Source of the DNA: an uncultured virus (IMG/VR IMGVR_UViG_3300008117_000258)
Taxonomy: Duplodnaviria; Heunggongvirae; Uroviricota; Caudoviricetes
Strand: one strand, 5' to 3'
Length of the DNA stretch: 64,000 nucleotides
IMG/VR virus record: IMGVR_UViG_3300008117_000258
Of the stretch, positions 11,001 to 20,817 are shown piece after piece. The translations under genes were made by a program, and so were the position numbers. The first letter of the stretch is position 1, and each line of letters starts with the position of its first letter. The notes below the pieces were generated by a model. It was not told where the DNA came from. It was given only the letters and a program-made list of their open reading frames with translations, and searched no databases.

Positions 11001-13207
11001 TTGATCAACTTGCTCTTGCTGGCAATGTTGGTGGCTTATCTGATGACTTCCGTGAAATTTTGATGAACATGGACCCAGAACAATTTAATATTTGGGCAAA
11101 AACATTATTTAAGGTTGGCAAAGAAGGAAGAATAACTGGACTAAAGCAAGACTTTATTGATATCAATAGTGCATTTAAAACTAATACTATTGGACAATAT
11201 ATTGAAGATGAAAAGAAATCAAATGATGAAATCAGAGATCGTGTTAATGCATATTGGAGATTAACTGATGTTGCTAAGCAGTATAAGTTTACTGCAGCAG
11301 AAACACTTGATTTATTAAAGAATCAATCTTTAGTAGGAGATATTGCTAATGGAGTTATTTATTCAAAAGAAGAACTTGAATCTCTTGTTTCAATAAATAA
11401 AGAAAGAAGAGATTTACTAAATAGAGAAACTACCGCAAAACAATTCCAAGAAAACTCTCAAATTAAAATGCAAATAGATGCATTTAAAAAGTTAAAAGAT
11501 TCTGGAATTGAATTTGAAACAATTTTGCAGATTATTGGAAAGTCAGACTGGGCAGCAAATGTACTAGACGCAACTGGAAAGATACAAGATGAATTCCCTA
11601 ATATGATTAAGTCTGCAAAAGAATATAAGGACTTACTATTTGAATTACAGCAGTTGCAAGAATCTGAATCAGATAAAATGGGACAAAAGTTTGCTGCTGA
11701 AAATGCAAAAATTATTGCTAAGGGAATGGCTAGTTTTAGAAAAGCAAATGGAATGTCGGTTGAGCAATATCAAGTTATTACTCAAGAAAGAGAAAATGCA
11801 AAGCAGGCATTGCAAGAACAGGTTGACGTATTAAATAATGGATTTACTGTGTTGGACAAACTTGAAAGTTCAATCAATGATTCTTATACACAAAAGAATA
11901 CTCTTATTGATGAGCAAATATCTGCATTACAAAAGGTTTCTCAAATCAATGAAGAAATTGCAAATCAGCAAAGAGATCAACTTGATTTGGCAGGAGCAAT
12001 TACCTCTGGAGACATTGCAGCAGCAGCCCAGGCAGCACAACAGTATCGTTCAAACAGAGCAAGAGCATCTGAATCATCGGCTATTGATGCTTTAAATACA
12101 AGAAAAGATATTCTTGAAAAACAAAAACTTAAAGATATTGCAGCACTTACAACTACAATTAACGGCATTACATATACAAGGCAGCAACTAGTTGACAAAA
12201 TTGCATCAATTGAAGAAAATCAAATAAAAGCATTGACTGATGAAATTAATGCAAGAAATAAAATTGTTGAAGCGCATGATCAACAAATTGCAAAAGCACA
12301 AGCATTGCTTGAGATTAATGGATATACTCAGGCAGAATATGAAGCAATTAAAACTGCTGTTGATACTGTTAATAATGCACTTGACCAACAAGTTTTAGAC
12401 ATTAATGAAATAATTTCTGCTGTAGGTGGAATTGAAGCAGCATGGGTCAAAGTTGCAGCAGCAGCAAGTGCAGCAACTGGAAAATCCAAAACATCTGATA
12501 AAGGTACGGCGACTAATAATGCTTCAAATCAAAGTACTGGAGGAAATCCAGGAAACATTGACGATGTACGTAAAACTGTAACAGAAGATACTGATAAATT
12601 AATAAATTCAATAAAAACAGGAGCAGATCCTGGCATTCTTACTGCTGGAGTTATTGCAAATAAAATGGCAGAAGCACTATTGAATAATGCAGAAGCAAAA
12701 GAAGCCCTTGGTGGAGCAGCAGGAGTTTTATCATCTGCACGATATACTGGACAGGCAATAGCATTTGCAGCAGAAAAAGCAGCAGCAGAAAGAGCAGCAG
12801 CATATGCAAAAGCAGCAAATACTGAGTCATATTATAATAGAAGAACTGGCGGAAGTAGCAGCATGGCATTCCTGGCATCTGGAGGAATGGTACCTAAGTA
12901 TTTTGCTAACGGAGGATATTCTCGTGGAACTGACACAGTGCCATCTATGCTTACCCCAGGAGAATTTGTTGTCAAGCGCTTTGCCGTAAAGAAGTTTGGT
13001 GTTGATAATCTCAGGGCAATTAATGATGGAACCTATCAGTCTGGAAAGTCAACAGTGGCATCAGTAAATAACAACTCCAACTCAGTGTATAATTATGGTA
13101 TAAACGTTAACGTTTCTAATACTAATGCAAGTACAGATGATATTGCAAGGGCAGTTATTACTCAGATTAGAAACATTGATAACCAAAGAATTAGAGGACA
13201 AAGGTAA
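5099..13207 (+). CDS. Tape measure protein (2702 aa)
   Basis: Length, Ala-rich helical composition, TP901-type core region, hydrophobic segments, position after chaperones. Confidence 0.93.
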   Translation: MAGDTNTNIFIGIDTTQAMAQLRALEKELTALNRAMITGTSTAAREQGRYAQSLMHNVNATGLWTASTMKMSSATEQFANSLDKGKLSLKEYYRYGMASTKTFGKFFGSEFSTVSKLIDNRVKTLQQQYVQLGRDAQGAMNSMRFRPKTLNYNDLTTSLMLATQRHQVLNKLIDDGSTKLLNFGKNTQWAGRQLMVGFTIPLAMFAGSAIKTFKELETQVIRFKKVYGDIYTESGESAKALKDIRALANEYTAYGVKVSDTIKMAADAAAMGNTGENLKNIVRQTTDLAVLGGITQEQALNTTISLQNAFDIRGSELKKTIDFLNATENQTVLSLEDVSEAIPRVAPIVKALGGDVKDLTYFMTAMKEGGISAEQGANALKSGLASLINPTKAATKAAGQYGISIKGIVEANQGNLRNTVVGFANALKPLTDLQRAQVVEKVFGKYQFARMSTLLNNLTKEGSQAARVLQLTTASAEELAILTEREKKTQADSAMNKLAQAAERLKVAMAPIGEMFAKMVIPIAEFFQKILDRFSTLPEGVKKFAGLMITAIGGIGPVLLMTVGLVANGIANMLKLFNLMRKGYQQLAYGSQDVALKTQYLSQEELENASITNALYTKHEALSAAYRLEAQSLGALMSVYRQANTSMSSFAANNSGLFVPRGIAPKRFAKGTESVPGPRGAGDIVPAMLSPGESVIPAKQTAKYGGFISQIISDNVPGFASGPGFWTPPKVTGSAIFGPAAKVFEPKIDLTSPGSVRALGVTRFKPLPGGDIAQVMPRSNVSSMTPFFFRPNAKDPKLTDVFFNGDLLFTRKFNSVKDQAKYNENYGKFKAKNTNNSDEILLRNVTDLLSRKNAQDLTASKIFSSTLGGKRTSAVSSAAKSRRTRYIQKKEFLALQKYFKEEEEYIRNNPSMTMDDLVKLTAPAAKIEGRRLKDILAEKQDRGMFRLSPALSHGEAAKTNKRSADQDVASNLFEDTNQMNLVYLYNGNRTHISTRREAESFLQELRSKKNPNSFDKYGMLALEKRIRDGFYEKYKTRQDELLMLSNGILSVPGPKGAGDIQPAMLAPGEAVIPAKQSKKYSGLISGIMSNQIPGFENGPGFGVPASLRPGGKYTDDWGDPISPTSSSNDRVGRAIDKFFDKPRVKKLGDRIDRFASQLNKTTPKVAQLGQTATQTTKDFGTDKTRGFRGFMTGYSRVPQVDETGARLTAAQRTNARQAMRMERSQRMMGVGMAAMMVPMVAGAYAAKNPDSGVAQNMDKIMMLSMLPMLLPLINSPIKILATSLIGLSAVFKMQSSQIKQSLVDGEKQAKAMVMTTENLEALGRYTQKVSVGQVAAAQREGRTKEITPVSMDYGTNFLNSEAGKQFKANFDSTIKTLGESGTAQAASIVASQLATAVQQGVITPEQAQSIAIKLTRDLKDARLEMNVRGKLTEILGPNGENLVTDPLSVQVKLISEGKTLQEAIFLNYQKAITDVNKGIGPDIKLNPLKGVGGNRANEQPGGAILGNPINWSETAQMQGLAATVGSASFIKILNTVRTARAATAAATAGTAAATAGTAGAASPALIAAAGSLAITSTAEWLLRKWQQGEEKKFITKYAGTLAGIVTPNILAGQGAFKQQLLNKFKDDPYQKAQAESLTKQLEGTTAKAQIEIMTLVNSDQMTVTQAKALTTTLLATGEKNIDRTINTILNVQGTEGLGRLATILEFIPNVNNQKNILFAIKNLDEASANDIYSGLEELIKIPDYIGIEIDLETQKDDIPTLKRLGKEVGSLKKAFPNGKIDLKALVDLQQKSGGPGNNLTLDKAIESWTTLSKLPKELQFQAMITLGALNKSDSFDTVVNREVLAAYRKANPKARKITKSALDSFAKNNPQIRTKAEEIAMIEIFGTSIPSTSKSGGGAAGGEGTKKDNSWLVDLAQKLKLVKDSSIDALNPLKSIQKFLSGDISGQGGGSVKSNKSLDKQLGAIKQIDQLALAGNVGGLSDDFREILMNMDPEQFNIWAKTLFKVGKEGRITGLKQDFIDINSAFKTNTIGQYIEDEKKSNDEIRDRVNAYWRLTDVAKQYKFTAAETLDLLKNQSLVGDIANGVIYSKEELESLVSINKERRDLLNRETTAKQFQENSQIKMQIDAFKKLKDSGIEFETILQIIGKSDWAANVLDATGKIQDEFPNMIKSAKEYKDLLFELQQLQESESDKMGQKFAAENAKIIAKGMASFRKANGMSVEQYQVITQERENAKQALQEQVDVLNNGFTVLDKLESSINDSYTQKNTLIDEQISALQKVSQINEEIANQQRDQLDLAGAITSGDIAAAAQAAQQYRSNRARASESSAIDALNTRKDILEKQKLKDIAALTTTINGITYTRQQLVDKIASIEENQIKALTDEINARNKIVEAHDQQIAKAQALLEINGYTQAEYEAIKTAVDTVNNALDQQVLDINEIISAVGGIEAAWVKVAAAASAATGKSKTSDKGTATNNASNQSTGGNPGNIDDVRKTVTEDTDKLINSIKTGADPGILTAGVIANKMAEALLNNAEAKEALGGAAGVLSSARYTGQAIAFAAEKAAAERAAAYAKAANTESYYNRRTGGSSSMAFLASGGMVPKYFANGGYSRGTDTVPSMLTPGEFVVKRFAVKKFGVDNLRAINDGTYQSGKSTVASVNNNSNSVYNYGINVNVSNTNASTDDIARAVITQIRNIDNQRIRGQR
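7100..7273 (+). repeat. Tape-measure internal peptide repeat, copy 1 (58 aa)
   Basis: FAKGTESVPGPRGAGDIVPAMLSPGESVIPAKQ...VPGFASGPGF; 38/58 aa identical to copy 2 by manual alignment. Confidence 0.9.
8228..8401 (+). repeat. Tape-measure internal peptide repeat, copy 2 (58 aa)
   Basis: LSNGILSVPGPKGAGDIQPAMLAPGEAVIPAKQ...IPGFENGPGF. Confidence 0.9.
12902..13030 (+). repeat. Tape-measure peptide repeat, diverged C-terminal copy
   Basis: FANGGYSRGTDTVPSMLTPGEFVV shares the DxxPxMLxPGExV core. Confidence 0.75.
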
Positions 13208-13833
13208 TGGCAACAGTAGCATACATGACTCAAAGAAGGAAATATCAAAGACCTCAAGGTATTTTGTGGTCTGAGAATCCTGGAACACTGGTTGACGGTT
13301 TGTATGTTCCAACTGGGTATGAGGTTGGTGGAAACTACCCAGAAGATGCTAACCCAAATCTAATTGATCAGTTCTTAGTTTTATCTGACCATAATCGTAA
13401 TGAAATGGATTTTACTTCACAAAGAATTGAACAACGTCAAAGAACAATTAATGGAAGAATGAGATCATATCACATTGCAGATAAACTACAAATGTCTGTT
13501 TCATGGACTAACTTGCCATCAAGATCACATGACTCTGACCCTAATTTTTCTTTTCAAAATTCAATAACTGATGCAGCCCCGTATACCGCTGACGGAGGAG
13601 CAGGCGGATCAGAACTTCTTGATTGGTATGAAAACCACAAAGGATCATTTTGGATGTTTTTAGCATATGACAAATATAAAAATTTTGAAAACACTGATAA
13701 CCCATATTTACATTTAAATCAATATAACCAGGTTATTGAAGTTTATTTTTCAAGTTTTAATTACTCTGTTGTTCGCCGAGGTGGAAGCAATCATGATCTT
13801 TGGAATGTAACACTTAGTTTAGAAGAGGCATAA
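13207..13833 (+). CDS. Minor tail protein (distal tail-like)
   Basis: First gene after tape measure; QRQRTINGRMRSYHIADK...SVSW motif, ends SLEEA. Confidence 0.7.
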   Translation: MATVAYMTQRRKYQRPQGILWSENPGTLVDGLYVPTGYEVGGNYPEDANPNLIDQFLVLSDHNRNEMDFTSQRIEQRQRTINGRMRSYHIADKLQMSVSWTNLPSRSHDSDPNFSFQNSITDAAPYTADGGAGGSELLDWYENHKGSFWMFLAYDKYKNFENTDNPYLHLNQYNQVIEVYFSSFNYSVVRRGGSNHDLWNVTLSLEEA

Positions 13834-13834
13834 A

Positions 13835-16800
13835 ATGTTTGTTGATGAAACATTAAAAAATCATTTTGAAACTTCTTCAACAATAAGTTTAAACTCTCTT
13901 GTTCTTGTAGAGTGGAACATGAATATGCCAGATAACATATTTAAGGTTGGTAATTATAGGTATCGCCCACAAGAATTAGGTAGCGAATATTTTACATTAA
14001 TTCAAAGTTTTGATGCAACTGATTCTGGAAACTATTATACTGGAGCAACTGAGTCTAACATTATAGTTGAAAATGGATATACAGATGAAGATATTCCTCA
14101 AATGTTTTTATCAGTAAAAGAAAAAGAAAAACTTTTTTACTCGTTACAGGATTGTCTGGCTCCATTTAGACCACGATCTGGAATTAACAAACCACTTTAT
14201 TTTTCTGGAAGGTATTTGGCAAACTCTGGAGCAAATATGGCAGAAAGACCAAGATACTACATGCCGTCTAGATATGATCAGTTTAAGTATTGGACTTCTT
14301 ACAGAACAGAATCAAATAAAGAATATGGAATATCAAATACTAGAGTAGAAGACGAATATTATATTTCTGATGCTGTACCATTTGTTGTTTATAAGGAAGA
14401 GGTTCCAACCAACCGAATTGTTGTAAAAATGCAAACAAATGTTGGTGATATTGATTTAGGTCCATTTCAAACATCAACCGAAAGCATTGATGATCCTCTG
14501 TATGGAGATCAAAACAAAACAGTACCAGTAAAATGGAAAATACAATATTTAAAAAACAACAACTGGGTTGATGCTTATTCTTTTGATCAAAATACATTAA
14601 GAGATGATGGAACACCTGCAATTAAATCAGATGGATATATTGAATTAGAGTTTGGCGCAATTATTCCAGAAGAATACCAAGGTATATTTTTTCATGCACA
14701 AACTATTTCAAGTGTTACACTTTTGCCATCAGAGTCTATTATTGGCTATACTTATCATGTTATTGAAAATGAAGGAGATGCTGGAACATTTTATATATGG
14801 AACGGCTCTGAGTATAAAAATTTTCCAGTAGTATACGGATGGAAACTTGGATCTGAAGCAATAAACAATAATACAGATTTTGTAACAGACTTTACTTCTC
14901 CATCAACTTATGTTGATTATGAAAATAATTCAACCCTTTATAGAGAATTTATATATATAAAAGGATTAAGAATTGTTGCTGAAACAATGAACAAGTTTGA
15001 CTGCACCTTTGATCTTATTGAGATGTCCCCAAGACTTGTGGCAAATATATCAAATAAAGTAATTGACTATAGAATTACAAAAGTTTTATCTGACATAGGA
15101 AATACATCTTTACCAGTTGGACAACTTTTGGCATCAACTGGCGAAGTTAATATTTTTGACGAAGACCAATCCTTTAATTATGAAAACACTTCAAGCATTA
15201 TCAATAAGTACATAAGAAAAAATATTAAGTTTAACTTTTATGAAAATATTCTAAATGTTGAAGGTTTTAACTATTATGTTCCAATTAAGACTTTGTATTC
15301 TGATGGAATGCCACAGGCAGATGTAACTGCATCAACTTTAAATCTTAGTTTACGTGATTTTTATTTTTACTTTGAATCAATGACAGCGCCAAGAATTCTT
15401 TTAACCAATGTATCTTTAAGTTATGCAGTAAGCGTTTTGCTTGATTCTATTGGATTCACTAACTATTCTTTTAAAAGAACAGAGTCAGATAATGACCCAA
15501 TAATTCCATATTTTTTTATAGCACCAGACCAAAATGTTGCTGAAGTTCTTAATCAACTTGCAATATCAACACAAAGCGCAATGTTTTTTGACGAATATAA
15601 TAATTTTATAGTTATGAGTAAAAATTATATAATGCCTTCAGAAACAGACAGAAGTACTGACTTTGTTTTAATTGGTAATAATAATCAGTCTGATGAAGGA
15701 GTCATTGAGAATCAATCCTCTGGAAATTTACCAAACATTTTACAGATTTCTTCTAAGGATAAAAAAATCTATAATGATGGAAAAATTAACTATACTACAA
15801 GATATATTCAAAGATCATATGGTTCAGTAAGACAATCTAGTTTAATTGATAAAGAAAAAACATGGATATATAAGCCAGTTCTTTTGTGGGAAGTTGCAGG
15901 AACAGAAAACACTAAAACTATTAATGAGTTAGCGTCTAGACAGGGTAACTATGTATTAGGCGCAATGCCAATTAATTCAGATATACCAAATGTAGCGCCA
16001 ACAGTTGTAAATAATATTTTAACTAATAACGTTATAGATCTTGGAGAAAACGTTTATTGGCTTACAAGATATCAAGGATATTTTTATTCTAACGGAGAAA
16101 TAATTAAATATGATGCAGCAGAATTTAATATTACTGGTATAGGAAATGTTTGGATCTCTAGTAATCAAGAGTATCAAAAATATTTTTCTTCACTTGCATT
16201 TAATGGAAAGATCTACCCTACGGGACTTGTTAGAATTTATTCAAAGCCTTATTATGAAACAGCAAACGGGACAACAAGATTAAAAAATGGTGAAGTTGAA
16301 TCCCACGGAAGAGCACAGTTTGGAACAACAATAAGTAATCATTCATCTGGATTACCGTCGTACTGGTCAAATAATGACTATGTAAGAGCATGCGAAATGA
16401 GTTCAAATTATTTATTTACAACAGAGATTGATCCAACCTTACCATCAACAGAAGTAGGATCTGCTGGAGTAAATAACACTATATCAAAACAAACAACCAG
16501 AAATGGTGTTATTAAAAATTTTATGGCAGTTTCTAATAAAACAGAAACAACCGTTAACTCCTTTCAGTCAACTCAGTCTGGAACAATACAGTCTTCTGCT
16601 TTAGTAATGAATGGCCCTTCTTTTAAAACTACAGAGGTTCCATTAAATTATGTTTCTTATGTTTACAAAAATCTTGATAATGCCTATAGACATTTTGGAA
16701 CAAGAATGCGTATTGTTGGAAAAGTTGAAAATAATTTACAACGTTTTCAAACTCCTTTTGGTTCAACCTCATACTATCAAGTTAATGGATCAAATCCAAG

Positions 16801-18187
16801 CCAAAGCGTAACAATTGGAGGCGGATCTGGTGGATTAGCAGTAATGATTAATCCAGAAACAAACAACGGGTATTATTTTGAAATAGTTGCATTAACTGAA
16901 AATAACGTTGAATCTTATTTAAATATTAATTCTCAGGGACAAAGTGAAATACAAATTCATAATATTATATTCTATAAGATTAAGAAAGAGTCTGGAAGTT
17001 CTAAGGCAATACCAGTTAAACTTTGGGGTGGCCTATCAAGTATTTTAGTAGATGATGGAAACTTCACTGGACAGTATAGAATGACTGGCGAAGAGAATCC
17101 AACAGTTTATGACCTATCAATAGAATATGAAAATATCGGAACTAAAAGAAGATTTTATTTATATGTTAACAATAAACTAATTAAGGTAGTTGATGATAAT
17201 GATCCACTTCCAGTATACAACAACATGGCTTTATTTGTTCGTGGTTCATCAAGATGTATGTTTGAAAATATTTATGCGATATCAAAAAATTATTCTCAAA
17301 ATACAATATCAACCATATCTCCAGCAATACAAAGAGTTTTTGGTCAAACAGAAAATTCTTCTGCATACGTTAAAGAAACTGGATTATTTGGCGATAACGA
17401 AATAAACCTTAATGAGTCATTTAGGAAATATGCAATGAGTGGAGTTGTTCAATCCACTTATTTATCTGGCATAAGTGCCCAACAACCTCCAAAGTATAAT
17501 ATGTACTTTGAAGAATTTGGATCAATCATGAGAGAGTGTTCATACTTTAATATTAAATATGATCGTGCATATCCAGCACTTTATGCAAAACTTTCTCCAA
17601 CTTTTAACAGAATTAAGGGCTACGTTGTTTCTGGTTTTTACGCAGATTCATATGGGGCAGAATTTTTAATATTTAATTCAACTGATAAATCACTTGTTCT
17701 TGATGAAACAAGTGGAAACTATTTAAGAATTCAAGGCATTACATTTACTCAAGATACTACACATACATTAAGCGTTGACGAATATTATAGTAAACGAAGT
17801 AACTTGTCTGATCCAGAACTAAAAGGAACATCAGTTGTATATTCTCCATTAATTGAGCAACAAAAATATGACAATATTAAGTTGAGCAGGCTTACTTATG
17901 GTAAAAATGATTTTAGCATTGATACCCCGTATATACAAACAGAAGATGATGCTAACGCATTAATGGGTTGGATCACTGAAAAATTGATGACTCCTAAAAA
18001 AAATATTGGATTAAATGTTTTTGCAAATCCAACTTTACAACTTGGAGATATTGTTACAGTTGATTATAAAGATAATAATAATGTAAATATGATTTCTTCA
18101 ACATCTTCAAGGTTTATAATATATAATATTGAGTATTCAAGAAGTTCAGAAGGTCCTTCTATGGCTTTGTATTTGAGTGAGGTGTAA
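13835..18187 (+). CDS. Large minor tail / tail tip protein (1450 aa)
   Basis: Synteny; AMFFDEYNNF hub-like motif, lectin-like beta region, C-terminal NPTLQLGDIV motif. Confidence 0.75.
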   Translation: MFVDETLKNHFETSSTISLNSLVLVEWNMNMPDNIFKVGNYRYRPQELGSEYFTLIQSFDATDSGNYYTGATESNIIVENGYTDEDIPQMFLSVKEKEKLFYSLQDCLAPFRPRSGINKPLYFSGRYLANSGANMAERPRYYMPSRYDQFKYWTSYRTESNKEYGISNTRVEDEYYISDAVPFVVYKEEVPTNRIVVKMQTNVGDIDLGPFQTSTESIDDPLYGDQNKTVPVKWKIQYLKNNNWVDAYSFDQNTLRDDGTPAIKSDGYIELEFGAIIPEEYQGIFFHAQTISSVTLLPSESIIGYTYHVIENEGDAGTFYIWNGSEYKNFPVVYGWKLGSEAINNNTDFVTDFTSPSTYVDYENNSTLYREFIYIKGLRIVAETMNKFDCTFDLIEMSPRLVANISNKVIDYRITKVLSDIGNTSLPVGQLLASTGEVNIFDEDQSFNYENTSSIINKYIRKNIKFNFYENILNVEGFNYYVPIKTLYSDGMPQADVTASTLNLSLRDFYFYFESMTAPRILLTNVSLSYAVSVLLDSIGFTNYSFKRTESDNDPIIPYFFIAPDQNVAEVLNQLAISTQSAMFFDEYNNFIVMSKNYIMPSETDRSTDFVLIGNNNQSDEGVIENQSSGNLPNILQISSKDKKIYNDGKINYTTRYIQRSYGSVRQSSLIDKEKTWIYKPVLLWEVAGTENTKTINELASRQGNYVLGAMPINSDIPNVAPTVVNNILTNNVIDLGENVYWLTRYQGYFYSNGEIIKYDAAEFNITGIGNVWISSNQEYQKYFSSLAFNGKIYPTGLVRIYSKPYYETANGTTRLKNGEVESHGRAQFGTTISNHSSGLPSYWSNNDYVRACEMSSNYLFTTEIDPTLPSTEVGSAGVNNTISKQTTRNGVIKNFMAVSNKTETTVNSFQSTQSGTIQSSALVMNGPSFKTTEVPLNYVSYVYKNLDNAYRHFGTRMRIVGKVENNLQRFQTPFGSTSYYQVNGSNPSQSVTIGGGSGGLAVMINPETNNGYYFEIVALTENNVESYLNINSQGQSEIQIHNIIFYKIKKESGSSKAIPVKLWGGLSSILVDDGNFTGQYRMTGEENPTVYDLSIEYENIGTKRRFYLYVNNKLIKVVDDNDPLPVYNNMALFVRGSSRCMFENIYAISKNYSQNTISTISPAIQRVFGQTENSSAYVKETGLFGDNEINLNESFRKYAMSGVVQSTYLSGISAQQPPKYNMYFEEFGSIMRECSYFNIKYDRAYPALYAKLSPTFNRIKGYVVSGFYADSYGAEFLIFNSTDKSLVLDETSGNYLRIQGITFTQDTTHTLSVDEYYSKRSNLSDPELKGTSVVYSPLIEQQKYDNIKLSRLTYGKNDFSIDTPYIQTEDDANALMGWITEKLMTPKKNIGLNVFANPTLQLGDIVTVDYKDNNNVNMISSTSSRFIIYNIEYSRSSEGPSMALYLSEV

Positions 18188-18188
18188 T

Positions 18189-18959
18189 GTGAGATATTAT
18201 GGACCCATGCATGATGGCGGGGGATATGATGAATCTGATACAAGAATGCTTAGAAGGGCTGGTTTAATATCTAAAGAAGAACAAGATGTTAGAAATGCTC
18301 TTGCTGCAGTTCAAGCAGATACTGGGGTAGAGCAAGCACTAGAAATAATTAAACAAGCACAGGGATCAAGTTCAGCCGTTATTCCACAAAGTTATTCTGA
18401 GTCTCCCACTTATTATGAGTCTCCTGCACCAGTGCAAAATATTGTTCCACAAAATCAACCAGCACCTGCTCCAGTTGCTGCAACTCCTCCAACCCCAACG
18501 ATAACTGCTACATCTTCTGTTATAAAAACAATAACAAACCCAATAAAAACTGCAACTCCAGATATTGTTTTATTTGATGATTCCTCAATACCAATAGAAA
18601 TTATGGCAGATTTAATATTTGAAAATATTGGCGGACAAGAATTAATTAGCATTGCAAGAACAGATACAATTAATGGACAAAAAATATCATACCAGCCAAT
18701 TAAAAACTTGGTGTCAATTAATCAAGAATATAACCCAAATAACATTGTTGGGCTACAAAAGACATCCGATAAATTTTTTTCTGGCTTTGCAATTAAACTT
18801 GAAAATAGAACTCCAACAGAAAGCACTTCTTCCGACAACAATCCCGTGTATATTAGCCCTGAAGGAAATTTAGTCATTGAAAGTGTTAATTTAAACAGTG
18901 ATGAACAAATTGAAATTGAAATAGCGTTAAGTGGTACAATATATGAGACGGAGATATAA
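18189..18959 (+). CDS. Putative minor tail protein with Pro/Thr-rich linker
   Basis: Tail operon; likely GTG start at 18189 after GAGGTG (ORF track opens at 18177). Confidence 0.55.
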   Translation: MRYYGPMHDGGGYDESDTRMLRRAGLISKEEQDVRNALAAVQADTGVEQALEIIKQAQGSSSAVIPQSYSESPTYYESPAPVQNIVPQNQPAPAPVAATPPTPTITATSSVIKTITNPIKTATPDIVLFDDSSIPIEIMADLIFENIGGQELISIARTDTINGQKISYQPIKNLVSINQEYNPNNIVGLQKTSDKFFSGFAIKLENRTPTESTSSDNNPVYISPEGNLVIESVNLNSDEQIEIEIALSGTIYETEI

Positions 18960-20299
18960 TGATAACTAATACTGGTAAAAATATTATAGGAAAATATTTG
19001 CTTGGACAGGCACCCGCTTTTGCGTCCTATATAGCCCTTGGATGCGGTTCTAAGCCACTTTTAACTGGTAACCCATATGGAGACTACTCAAACAAAACAA
19101 GCCTGGATTTTGAGATGTTAAGAGTGCCAATTTCTTCTAGAGGGTTTGTTAATGAGGATGGGGTTTCAAAGTTAGTTTTAACAGCAGAACTTCCAAGCGA
19201 AGAAAGATATGAGATTTCGGAGATTGGTATTTTTTCTGCGGGATCAAATTCGGCAGCAGGCGCATATGATAGCAAGACAGTCCTTGCCTTTACACAGACA
19301 GAGAATTGGCAACATCATACAAATTTAGCAACAACCGCTATAGATACGATAACTGAAGCATTAGACTCACCAAATGATGACAACATTATTGCAACAGAAA
19401 ATATTGTTTTTCAAACCAATGCAGACAATAGTATTTTTTATAAAACCACTCGTGCTGAAAGATATGAAAGATGTAGATTTTTAAATAATATTATTCTCAT
19501 TAATGGCTCAGATGCAAACCTAACAAAAAGCGTTTCACTAACAAATGTTTCTGGCAATGGAACATTAATTACTTATACAACATCAAAAGATCACAATCTT
19601 TCAGTTGGGGATACTGTAACAGTAACTGGAGTAAATCCAGTAAACTATAATATATCTGGTTCTGTTTCAACTGTTCCGTCACCAACAACTTTTACTCTTT
19701 TAAGCGACCAAATAGGAAGTTATGTTTCTGGTGGATCAACCACAGTTAAACATTTTTATATTGAAAATGGATCAAACCATATTCACCTCGCTGGCACATT
19801 ACTTGATTTTGATAAAAACTCTCCAATTGATGAATTAAAGTTAGTATTTTCTATTATCAATAAAGATGGTACTTCTAGTGCATCTCCAGATAATGCAAGA
19901 GTTCTTGTTGAGTTTGCATCTTCAGACCAGGTAGATGGTGAGTATGCTAGGTTTGAAGCAGACATAGTAAAGGGAACTGGAGAAGGGCAGTATGACTTAA
20001 ATAATAATCGTTATTGTTTAGTTACAAAACAATTACAAGAATTATACACAAGCCCCAACTTTACTTGGAACTCTGTTTCTGTAATTAAGGTTTATGCTTC
20101 TACTTTTGTTAGCAATACTATTTCAGATGATTTTTATATTGCACTTGATGCCATGAGATTAGAAAATGTTGCTACAACTAATCCTTTATATGGACTAACA
20201 GGGTATTCAGTGATAAAAAATACAGACTCAACAACCATTATAAAGTCACCAAACACAACAAGTTTTGTTGAGTTTAGATTTTCAATAGGTGTTTCATAA
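18959..20299 (+). CDS. Minor tail/baseplate protein
   Basis: MITNTGK...YIALGCG...ISEIGIF motifs typical of tail-fibre attachment proteins; internal HNLSVGDTVTVTG beta-barrel module. Confidence 0.65.
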   Translation: MITNTGKNIIGKYLLGQAPAFASYIALGCGSKPLLTGNPYGDYSNKTSLDFEMLRVPISSRGFVNEDGVSKLVLTAELPSEERYEISEIGIFSAGSNSAAGAYDSKTVLAFTQTENWQHHTNLATTAIDTITEALDSPNDDNIIATENIVFQTNADNSIFYKTTRAERYERCRFLNNIILINGSDANLTKSVSLTNVSGNGTLITYTTSKDHNLSVGDTVTVTGVNPVNYNISGSVSTVPSPTTFTLLSDQIGSYVSGGSTTVKHFYIENGSNHIHLAGTLLDFDKNSPIDELKLVFSIINKDGTSSASPDNARVLVEFASSDQVDGEYARFEADIVKGTGEGQYDLNNNRYCLVTKQLQELYTSPNFTWNSVSVIKVYASTFVSNTISDDFYIALDAMRLENVATTNPLYGLTGYSVIKNTDSTTIIKSPNTTSFVEFRFSIGVS

Positions 20300-20799
20300 T
20301 GGCAGACTCTGGTATTAAAAAAGCAATTATTTTAAACAATGAATTGCCAGCAATTAATCCAGAAACTAATGGATATGAGGTAAGATATAGGGTTGTTTCT
20401 GAAGATAAAAACAGAGCATCTCATTGGTCACCATCTTTCGTTGTAGATTCTGGGTTTACTTATGAGCCAGGGTTAATTAGTTTTAATAAGAATGGATCAA
20501 TTGCAGTATTTTCATGGGACGTTGTGACAATTAATAAAAATTCTAAATATATAAGACAAGCCCATGAATATGATGTTTGGGTAAAATGGGACAGAGGTGA
20601 TGGAGGGGACTGGATATATAAGCAAAGAATAGATGGAACAGGCATATCTTTTCCAATTCCATCAACCTATTCAATTAACGGAATTGAACAACCAAGCCAA
20701 CCTAATAAGGTGTCACTAGAAGTATACTTAAAAGGAAATAAAATAACAAGAGATTTTGATACATTGCTGGTTTATGAAGATGGACCACACACGATTTAG
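20299..20799 (+). CDS. Putative minor tail protein (FN3-like)
   Basis: YEVRYRVVSEDKNRASHWS motif; translationally coupled in tail operon. Confidence 0.55.
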   Translation: MADSGIKKAIILNNELPAINPETNGYEVRYRVVSEDKNRASHWSPSFVVDSGFTYEPGLISFNKNGSIAVFSWDVVTINKNSKYIRQAHEYDVWVKWDRGDGGDWIYKQRIDGTGISFPIPSTYSINGIEQPSQPNKVSLEVYLKGNKITRDFDTLLVYEDGPHTI

Positions 20800-20817
20800 T
20801 GATATAATGGAGAGATA

